A stretch of DNA of 64,000 nucleotides from Clostridia bacterium (GTDB lineage Bacteria; Bacillota; Clostridia; Christensenellales; CAG-917): contig JAVVSR010000008.1 in NCBI GenBank assembly GCA_036654095.1, forward strand, positions 6,878-70,877, written 5' to 3'. The notes beneath the pieces were generated by a model. It saw nothing but the letters and a program-made list of their open reading frames with translations. It did not search any database and was not told where the DNA came from. Below, piece after piece: positions 48,696 to 56,615 of the stretch (its first letter is position 1; each line of letters starts with the position of its first letter). A program made the translations under genes and the position numbers.

Positions 48696-48732
48696 AACAG
48701 TTTCATTTTAATAAATAATCTATTTATAATGT

Positions 48733-48766
48733 AAAGGCTTCTCATTTGAGAGGTCTTTACTTTTTT
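48733..48766 (+). terminator. Intrinsic terminator of the rnf operon
   Basis: AAAGGCTTCTC-ATTT-GAGAGGTCTTT (11 bp including two G-T pairs) followed by ACTTTTTT. Confidence 0.55.
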
Positions 48767-48996
48767 CAGCCGAAAGTTATAAAAGGTTGAAAATATATTT
48801 TGTTCGACATTGGATTATTTCGATAATTTAACAAATACCGCAAAATTTGCGGAAATATTATTGAAAATAAGTAAAAAATTGTTTAAAAAACTTCAAAACC
48901 CCCCTATACAAAGTAAATTAAATGTGTTATAATTACTTGACTATAAAAACTAAGTTGGCAATAATTTAATATATAATAAATGTAAAGGATATAATA

Positions 48997-50511
48997 ATGG
49001 AAAAAATTGCAATAATTGACCTAGGTTCTAACTCCGCAAGGCTTGTTCTTGTAAATATTTTAGAAGGCGGCTATTTTGTTGTCTTTGACGAGCTGAAGGA
49101 ATCTGTGCGTCTAGCACAAGATATGGACTGGGATGGTTTTTTGAAACCTCAGCGTATCGCGCAAACTATCAAAACGCTTAAAATGTTCAGGCGTCTTTGT
49201 GATGCAAATAAAATTGAAAAAATCTATGCGTATGCAACTGCCGCTGTACGTCGCGCAAAAAATCAAAAAAGTTTTTTAGATGAAGTTGCAGTTTCTTGTG
49301 GCATTAAAATTAATGTACTGACTAAAGACGAGCAGGCGAGTTTAGTTTATCAAGGCGTTATCAATTCGCTTGAAGTTCCCAAAGGGCTTATTATGGATAT
49401 TGGCGGTGGCAGTACTCAGTTTATTTATTATAGCCGCAAAAATATTCTGGCGAGCGAAACGTTGCAATTTGGTTCAGTTACGTTGACTGACTTGTTTAAA
49501 AATGACGACATTCTTCCTGAGGAAAAGGCAAAAAAGATTGAAAGTTTTATTAGGGAGCATTTGGATAAAATTGAATGGTTTAAGACGATTGACCCCGATA
49601 CTCAGTTTGTAGGAGTTGGGGGAAGTTTCAGAAATCTTGGTCGAATAAGCAGAAATATTAAAAAGTATCCATTGGATATGATGCACAATTATCACGTACC
49701 CGTGCCTGAATATAATCAAATTTATGATACGATAAAGTGTTTAGACCTTGACCGTACACAAAAAATTAAAGGGTTATCAAGTGGTCGAGCGGATATATTC
49801 CCTAGCGCGTTAGCGGTTATTAAAACCGTTATAGATTATGTAGGGTTTAGCGATATTATTGTAAGTGGCTGTGGTTTAAGGGAGGGCGCAATGTTTAGAT
49901 ACGCTGTTCCTAGTACAAATGAAAAGCCACTATCTGATATTTTGGGGCACAGTTTACAAACTTTAATGTATTATTTTGACACAAATATACCCCACGCTGA
50001 GCACGTATATAATTTGACATTACAGCTGTTTAAACAACTTAAAGTACTTCATAAACTGCCAAGAATGTATGTAAAAGTGCTTCGTGTAGCCGCGTTGTTG
50101 CACGATAGCGGTATGCGAATTAAATACTATGACCATCAAAAGCACAGCAGTTATATTATTTTGAACAGCAATCTCTATGGCATTTCGCATAAGGATTTGG
50201 TTATGGCGTCGTTTGTTGGTGGCGGTCATCGAAAAAGTGATTTTAACGAGCTTGAAATGGCGAAATTCCGTTCAATGCTAACGGCAGATGATGTTGAGGC
50301 AGTGAAAAAACTGTCGGTTATTTTGCGTATTGCCGAAAGTTTTGACCGCAGTCAAAGCGGGCTTATCACGGGTATCAACTGTGATGTGCTGGGCGATAGC
50401 GTCATTATGAAAACCGAAACTGAAGGCGATTGTTCGTTGGAAATCAAGGATGCTTTAACTTGCGCAAGTGAGTTTAAGCGCGCTTATTCTAAAAACCTTG
50501 AAATTCTCTAA
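48997..50511 (+). CDS. Ppx/GppA family phosphatase (exopolyphosphatase-like) with C-terminal HD-like domain
   Basis: The N-terminus is IIDLGSNSARLV, an ASKHA-fold phosphate-1 motif. DIGGGSTQ is present, and the C-terminal region contains LLHDSG. Confidence 0.85.
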   Translation: MEKIAIIDLGSNSARLVLVNILEGGYFVVFDELKESVRLAQDMDWDGFLKPQRIAQTIKTLKMFRRLCDANKIEKIYAYATAAVRRAKNQKSFLDEVAVSCGIKINVLTKDEQASLVYQGVINSLEVPKGLIMDIGGGSTQFIYYSRKNILASETLQFGSVTLTDLFKNDDILPEEKAKKIESFIREHLDKIEWFKTIDPDTQFVGVGGSFRNLGRISRNIKKYPLDMMHNYHVPVPEYNQIYDTIKCLDLDRTQKIKGLSSGRADIFPSALAVIKTVIDYVGFSDIIVSGCGLREGAMFRYAVPSTNEKPLSDILGHSLQTLMYYFDTNIPHAEHVYNLTLQLFKQLKVLHKLPRMYVKVLRVAALLHDSGMRIKYYDHQKHSSYIILNSNLYGISHKDLVMASFVGGGHRKSDFNELEMAKFRSMLTADDVEAVKKLSVILRIAESFDRSQSGLITGINCDVLGDSVIMKTETEGDCSLEIKDALTCASEFKRAYSKNLEIL

Positions 50512-51079
50512 AATTATTTTGGCCTCGCGTTCGCCTAGGCGGTGCGAGTTGTTGTCACAGCTCGTAAATAACTTTGTGGTCGCGCCAAATGATGCCCCTG
50601 AATTGACATTTGGCAAACGTCCGTCCGCGGTTGTTATGTCGAATGCCAAAGCCAAATCGCTTGCTTGCAAAGAGAGGGGATTGATTATTTCGGCGGATAC
50701 CATAGTTTTTATGGACGGCAAATATTATCTTAAACCTAAATCACGACAAGATGCTTTTGAAATGCTTAAGAGCTTAAGTAACCGCACTCATTTTGTTTAC
50801 ACTGGCGTATGCTTGCGCGACGGCAGTCATTGCGCTGTCTTTTATGAAAAATCACAAGTTAAGCTTAAGCGTTTAAGCGATGAAATTATTAATAAATACA
50901 TTGATACCCAAAGCCCTTTAGATAAAGCGGGCGCGTATGGTATTCAGGATAACATTGTTGTGCAAGCATACAAAGGTAGCTATACAAACATTATTGGTTT
51001 GCCTATTGAACGGCTAGGTGATGTTCTTAAAACCTTTGGATATGATTGTTCAAGGAGGACTACTGATGGCAAATATTGA
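50498..51079 (+). CDS. maf: Maf-like nucleoside triphosphate pyrophosphatase
   Basis: Contains KIILASRSPRRCELL and the AGAYGIQ motif. I prefer the TTG at 50498 (giving MKFSKIILAS). The track GTG at 50468 would overlap ppx by 44 nt. Confidence 0.82.
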   Translation: MKFSKIILASRSPRRCELLSQLVNNFVVAPNDAPELTFGKRPSAVVMSNAKAKSLACKERGLIISADTIVFMDGKYYLKPKSRQDAFEMLKSLSNRTHFVYTGVCLRDGSHCAVFYEKSQVKLKRLSDEIINKYIDTQSPLDKAGAYGIQDNIVVQAYKGSYTNIIGLPIERLGDVLKTFGYDCSRRTTDGKY

Positions 51080-52067
51080 GTTAGCTATTGATTTTGGCAC
51101 TTCTTATATTACAATTTTTCAGCGCGGAAGAGGTATTATTTTAAAGGAAGCCTCCGTTGCGATTGTCAATTATCACAAACGCAAAAAAGTCTTGGTAGCT
51201 GTCGGAAACAGCGCTTTGCGCGATGTTAAAGCCACTTCCGGAACGGCGCAAGTGGTGTATCCTATTCGTGATGGCGCAGTTGTAAACATTGAAGATGCTT
51301 CATTTTTGATGACGGATTTGATTAAAAAAATTATGCCCGACGGGCTAATTAAACCTTATATAAAAGCGATTGTGTTGATTTCGTGCGGGCTTACGGTTGT
51401 TGAGCGAAAAGATATTGAAACGGTTGTGCTAAATGCTGGCGTCAACGATGCAATCCTAGTGGAGTCGCCACTGGCGCTACTTGCTTACACAAATAGTGTT
51501 GGGGGCTTGTTTTTGGACATAGGCGGTGGTACGGCCGAAATAGCAAGCGTTACACGGCTAGGGATATCATATGGTTGTGCGGTCAATATAGGCGGTAATT
51601 TACTAAACAATAAAATTGTTGATTACTTTTTTGAACATTATGGTTTAAAAATTGGCGAATATGCTGCGGAAAAGTTAAAGATAGATATTGGAAGTATGTT
51701 TGACAACGATTTGTCGGCGACAGAAGCTAGCGGTAGAGATGTATTAGAGGGTACGCCTCGTAGTTTGGAGGCCTCAGCAAAGGATATTAGAAACGCTTTG
51801 GCTAAGCCGATAGACACCATAATCGAAGTTGTTGAAAGTGTTTTAAATGTGACTCCTCCTGAACTTGCAGGGAGCATTGCAAAAAAAGGTATTTTTATTT
51901 CAGGTGGCACTTCAGAATTGCCTGGGCTAATCGAATATATTAGTATCCGACTTGGATTGGCCGTTACTCAGCTTCAAGACTTTGACAACGCGGTTGCGTT
52001 TGGCGGAGGAGTATTGCTTAATGATAGAAAACTCCTTTCGGAAATGCTTAATTTAAAAATTGATTAG
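51066..52067 (+). CDS. MreB/Mbl-family actin-like protein
   Basis: Contains AIDFGTSYITIF (phosphate 1), LDIGGGTAEIA (phosphate 2) and GIFISGGTSELPGL (adenosine). The ATG at 51066 follows GGAGG. Confidence 0.8.
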   Translation: MANIELAIDFGTSYITIFQRGRGIILKEASVAIVNYHKRKKVLVAVGNSALRDVKATSGTAQVVYPIRDGAVVNIEDASFLMTDLIKKIMPDGLIKPYIKAIVLISCGLTVVERKDIETVVLNAGVNDAILVESPLALLAYTNSVGGLFLDIGGGTAEIASVTRLGISYGCAVNIGGNLLNNKIVDYFFEHYGLKIGEYAAEKLKIDIGSMFDNDLSATEASGRDVLEGTPRSLEASAKDIRNALAKPIDTIIEVVESVLNVTPPELAGSIAKKGIFISGGTSELPGLIEYISIRLGLAVTQLQDFDNAVAFGGGVLLNDRKLLSEMLNLKID

Positions 52068-52309
52068 TTAAACAGAATATTTTTGTCACTATAAGTGTAT
52101 ATATAAATTAACCGATGTTCCTTGGGCGCTAAAACGTATTTCTTTGTATTTGCATAACGCGCAAATTGTTTATTACTTGCTAAGTGTTGTGTTATTGAAA
52201 TATGATAGCAATAAAAAACCTTATTTTAAAATTGTGTTAAAATGAAAAATCGAATTTGCATTTAATAAATAGCTTACCAAATAAAAATATATGCGGTTAT
52301 GAGGGAAAT

Positions 52310-53122
52310 ATGGAGAGTATTGTTTGCTTTATTAATCAAAAAGAAGGCGTTGGTAAATCGACTACGGTGTTTCAAATTGCAGCGGGTTTGACTAAACGCA
52401 GAAAAAAAGTGCTTATGTTAGACATTGACCCACAAGCCTCGCTAACGACTTATTTAGGTATGGATTGCAATGTCGACAAAAATATGTATACTTTTATTAC
52501 GGGAAAATCTAATTTTGAGGATACAATAGTGCGCACGGCGTCGGGCGACCTTATTCCAAGCAGTTTGGAGTTAGGGTTTAGAGAAATTGAACTTGTGCGT
52601 CATTTAGGTTGCGAATTTATGCTGTCATCGGCCATTGGCGAATACTGTAAAAATTACGATTATGTTTTAATAGATTGTCCGTCGTCAACTAATATATTTT
52701 TATATAATGCGCTTATGTTGTCAACGCACGCGGTGTTGGTTATGCAGGCAAACTGCGCATCAACAAAATGGATTGGCGAATACACTTTAATTTTGGATAA
52801 TGTATTTAAGTTTTTCAAAAAGAAGGTTAAGTTTGCTAGCGTCATTATGACACGTTTAAACGAACGATATAGCGTTCATAAAGTCCTATCCGAACAAATG
52901 TCGGCTGCTCTTAGCGAAAGAAATGTGCCCGTTTTAAAGTCAAAAATTAAAAATTCGGAAGTTGTTTTTGAAGCGAACGCTTGTCATCGCAGTTTATTAG
53001 ATTATGCCCCAACAAATGACGTTACAATTCAGTATGACAACGCGGTTGATGAACTTATCGCTATAATTAGCGGTGATAAAAAAGCTTTAAGACAAAAAGT
53101 TCAAAAGCAGAAAGATATTTAA
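52310..53122 (+). CDS. ParA/Soj/MinD-superfamily ATPase (orphan)
   Basis: The deviant Walker A is NQKEGVGKSTT. LMLDIDPQAS and VLIDCPSS (Walker B) are present. The ATG at 52310 follows GAGGGA. Confidence 0.8.
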   Translation: MESIVCFINQKEGVGKSTTVFQIAAGLTKRRKKVLMLDIDPQASLTTYLGMDCNVDKNMYTFITGKSNFEDTIVRTASGDLIPSSLELGFREIELVRHLGCEFMLSSAIGEYCKNYDYVLIDCPSSTNIFLYNALMLSTHAVLVMQANCASTKWIGEYTLILDNVFKFFKKKVKFASVIMTRLNERYSVHKVLSEQMSAALSERNVPVLKSKIKNSEVVFEANACHRSLLDYAPTNDVTIQYDNAVDELIAIISGDKKALRQKVQKQKDI

Positions 53123-53149
53123 TAAATTTTAAAATTATTAGGCAATCCA

Positions 53150-54280
53150 ATGATATATGATAAAACAAATTTAACAAGGTTAGTCAAAAATTTTTGCATT
53201 ACAGGCAATATTGTTTCTATTGAGAAATATGGTCACGGACATATTAATGATACTTATTTGGTAATTGTGTCAAATGCAGGCGCATTTGAAAAATTTGTTT
53301 TGCAAAAAATAAACACTTGCGTATTTAAAGATGTTGTTGGCCTTATGCAAAATATGTCAACAGTTACCGATTACCTGCATCAAAAGCTTATTGAATTAGG
53401 CAAAAATCCCGATATTTATTCCCTAACGATTGTGAAAACACAAGATGGAAACAGCTATTTTAATTGCGGCGACGGCGATTTTTATAGATGTACGAAATTT
53501 ATAAATGGCGCGGAAATTAACGAGGCCTCAGACAATGAAAGGCAGTTCTTTTGCGCGGGGAAAGCATTTGGACAGTTTCAGCAACTTATGTCCGATTTTG
53601 ACGCAAGTAAACTTTTTGAAACTATACCGAACTTCCACAATACCCTTAATCGGCTTGATAATTTAAAAGTTTCAACAAAAAAAGATGTTTTAAATAGGCT
53701 TCAATATTGCCAAGCGGAAGTTGGCTTTTTTTTAGATAGAGCAAACTATGCAAGCGTTGTTGTTGACGGCATAAAAAACGGCTTAATTCCACTTAGGGTT
53801 ACGCACAACGATACAAAGTCAAATAACGTTCTGCTTGATTTAAAAACAAATGAACCGCTTGCTGTACTTGACCTAGATACAGTGATGGCTGGTTCAATAC
53901 TTTATGATTTTGGCGATGCTATACGTTTTGGCGCAAGTACTGGCGTAGAAGATGAAATTGATTTATTGAAAGTTAGTTTTTCAATGAAACTGTACAAAGC
54001 ATTTGTCGAGGGGTTTATTTCAGAGGTATGTGATTGTTTATCCGATGAAGAAGTTAATTTAATGTATTTTGGTGCAATGCTTATGACATACGAATGTGGT
54101 ATGCGGTTTTTAACTGATTTTTTAGATGGCGATGTGTATTTTAAAACTTCGCGAATAAACCATAATCTTGACCGAGCGCGTACGCAAATTAAACTTCTTA
54201 GCGAAATGGAAACGCAAAAATGTGAAATGAAACAGGCAGTTATAGACGTTGTTTCGAGATGCAAAAAACATAGTATTTAA
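53150..54280 (+). CDS. N-acetylhexosamine 1-kinase-like phosphotransferase (NahK/LnpB family, APH fold)
   Basis: Long colinear matches to my recollection of Bifidobacterium NahK: GHGHINDTYLV, FDASKLFETIPNFHNT, PLRVTHNDTKSNNVLLD, LDLDTVMAGS..YDFGDAIRFGAST, ECGMRFLTDFLDGDVYF, ARTQIKLL. Confidence 0.78.
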   Translation: MIYDKTNLTRLVKNFCITGNIVSIEKYGHGHINDTYLVIVSNAGAFEKFVLQKINTCVFKDVVGLMQNMSTVTDYLHQKLIELGKNPDIYSLTIVKTQDGNSYFNCGDGDFYRCTKFINGAEINEASDNERQFFCAGKAFGQFQQLMSDFDASKLFETIPNFHNTLNRLDNLKVSTKKDVLNRLQYCQAEVGFFLDRANYASVVVDGIKNGLIPLRVTHNDTKSNNVLLDLKTNEPLAVLDLDTVMAGSILYDFGDAIRFGASTGVEDEIDLLKVSFSMKLYKAFVEGFISEVCDCLSDEEVNLMYFGAMLMTYECGMRFLTDFLDGDVYFKTSRINHNLDRARTQIKLLSEMETQKCEMKQAVIDVVSRCKKHSI

Positions 54281-54448
54281 AGAAGTGTTTTTGTAGGCTT
54301 AATTTGAGTTAAATAGCATATTGGCTACTTTAGCGGAAATATTTAATTTATAAAGGGCAAATTAAGTTGAATATATGATTTAAATAATTTATAAATATAG
54401 TGGATTAAACAAACGCAGGCAGCCTAAATTGGTTGTCTGCGTTGTTGT

Positions 54449-54547
54449 AAAAAGTTAAATACTGTAACGTGTTATTGAAAAAAGTTAAGCACTGCTACGT
54501 GAAGAATAAAAAGTCAAGCACTGCAACGTGTTATTGAAAAGTTAAAC
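54449..54547 (+). repeat. Three direct repeats of a ~30-bp unit (AAAAGTYAARYACTGYWACGTG...)
   Basis: The copies begin at about 54449, 54481 and 54508. Copies 1 and 3 also share the extension TTATTGAAAA. Confidence 0.75.
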
Positions 54548-54628
54548 TTATTATGCGGAAAAATATATTAGCAAATAAGTGAGCAAATTAAATTAAAAGT
54601 TTTAAATAGTTTTGTTACTATAAATAAT

Positions 54629-54801
54629 AAATATGTCAAAAACAAATATTACAAAAACAATATGTAAAAACCAAATATTTCAAAATAAATATGTCAAAAA
54701 CAAATATGTAAAAAACAATATGTAAAAAACAAATTTGACAAAAACAAATATAACAAAACAAATATTACAAAATAAATATAACAAAACAAATATAACAAAA
54801 C
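54629..54801 (+). repeat. Array of 12 degenerate 14-15-bp A-rich units (AAATATNNCAAAAAC)
   Basis: I parsed it by hand into 12 head-to-tail units totalling 173 bp. The plus strand is almost free of G and has stops in all frames. Confidence 0.85.
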
Positions 54802-54823
54802 ATAAATAAGTAGCTTAATTAAA

Positions 54824-55510
54824 CTACTTACTTTTTATATCAGTTTCGTTATTTTCAATATCTTTTTCAGCGGAAGTGTTGTTTGTTGAAAGCGATATCG
54901 ATTTGCGTTTTTTAATTAGTTTATATGCCAATATCCCGAAAACAACGGGAACTAATGCCATAAACACCGCTAATACTATATAACTTTTATCGCCCAATAC
55001 TAATGATAGCAACAGCACAAGGCCACCAGCTGTTAAATTGCCTATTGTAATTGTTAAAAAAGATTTTAATGGATTTAAATTCATAAAAACAGCAATGGCG
55101 GTACCTGTCCAAAAACCAGTTAAAGGCAGCGGCGCGGCTACAAATAAGTATAACGCTAAATATTTTAAAGCCAAATTGCTTTTTTGCGATACAATAGCTC
55201 CGTTTTCAACTTTTTGCGCTCGCTCGAAAAAATAAGTGTTCAATGAACGTCCAAAGTTGCCAAGTTTTTCAGATTTGCACAGCCAAAATATAACTTTTTT
55301 AAGAAAAATAAGTATTATAGGCACAACGATTAGCCCCGCTAAGCAGGCGGAAAAGTAACTTGCCGTTGGTGACATTCCCAAACTTAAGCCAAGTGGAATA
55401 CCGCCTCGCACTTCGACAACAGGAAGCATTGATGTAAACAAAACCGCTAAAAATCGCGAATGAAACAAATTTTCTAAAAACTCTGCAAACTGCATTATTA
55501 TATTTGCCAT
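54824..55510 (-). CDS. Small multidrug-export-like membrane protein (COG2426 / Sm_multidrug_ex-like)
   Basis: The N-terminal LPVVEVRGGIPLGL motif is typical of that family. There are ~5 TM helices and a polar C-terminal tail. Confidence 0.55.
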   Translation of the reverse strand: MANIIMQFAEFLENLFHSRFLAVLFTSMLPVVEVRGGIPLGLSLGMSPTASYFSACLAGLIVVPIILIFLKKVIFWLCKSEKLGNFGRSLNTYFFERAQKVENGAIVSQKSNLALKYLALYLFVAAPLPLTGFWTGTAIAVFMNLNPLKSFLTITIGNLTAGGLVLLLSLVLGDKSYIVLAVFMALVPVVFGILAYKLIKKRKSISLSTNNTSAEKDIENNETDIKSK

Positions 55511-55743
55511 ATAAATTCCTTAATCAACGATATCAAATTTTTTATTGTATATTAGCAATATTGATGCGCAAAATAACATCATTATGTATATTTTACCATT
55601 ACGTGGAAAATATTACATAGGTATTAACTTTATTAGTGTTGCGACAATATTAGCATATGCGTGGTGATGTGTCAACTAATACGATATTATTGTAAATAAT
55701 GCGCATAAAATAAAATTATAGTCGAAAATTATGGAGGTTAATT

Positions 55744-55854
55744 ATGGAAGACAGGTGTATATGTTGTGGCGCGGTAGTTCCCGAGGGGAGAATGATTTGT
55801 CAAGCTTGCGAAACATATAAAACAAAAAATTTAATAAATGTAATTTTAGAATAG
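55744..55854 (+). CDS. 36-aa zinc-ribbon-like small protein (MEDRCICCGAVVPEGRMICQACETYKTKNLINVILE)
   Basis: It is too short for the ORF track. GGAGG lies 6 nt upstream of the ATG, and a CxCC...CxxC arrangement is present. Confidence 0.45.
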   Translation: MEDRCICCGAVVPEGRMICQACETYKTKNLINVILE

Positions 55855-56615
55855 TTTAATGATTGGTTAGTAAATATTTTGTAAACTATATTAAATAATA
55901 ATATAAACATAAGTTTAGACTTTAAAAATGATTGATAAAGTTATCGCTATGTAATTTAAAAATAATTGTGTTGAAATAATTATATATATGTGTTGTTAAA
56001 GTAAAATTATATAGTTATCACGTATGAAGTAAGAATGTGTATTTTTGCTAAAATTGTCGAATTTATGCTTGCCTAAGTTTTTATAATATGCTATCATATT
56101 TAAAATTACTGATAGACGTTTTGGGGCTAGTTTTTTTTAAATTTAAGCGACTGATATTTTAATATGTTTTTGTTAAGCTACTATAAAAATTATTAAATTT
56201 TTTAGTGTAAATGGCAAATTGAGTTTGCTTTCTTAACTTTTAATGCAAATTATCATAACGGCAAAATAACTTATTTTTTATGCCGTATGGTACATTGAAA
56301 CATAATTTAATTTAAAAGGTCGTCTACTTTAATTTAATTCAAATTTTTTTGATATAGTTTTATTAAGTAATTTTATTGTACCCGCTTACTCGTGACTTGT
56401 TCAATGTGCGCATGTTGTTTGCAACTGGAATTTTGTTTTAACATCGCACCCACTATCTTTGGTATGACTTCAGTTAAGTAATTTTATCGCTAATTTTAAC
56501 TGATTGCTGTTGCCAAATAGGCTATTCGGTTAGCTTCTTTTATGTAGGTTTAGCTATTTGATTGTTTCGTTATTTTGTTCAGCGTAACACGATAATTGCT
56601 TGAGGTTTATTTTTT

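Noticed and set aside
54629-54801. CRISPR array
   Set aside because: The units are 14-15 bp, directly abutting and degenerate, with no unique spacers and no cas genes in the window.
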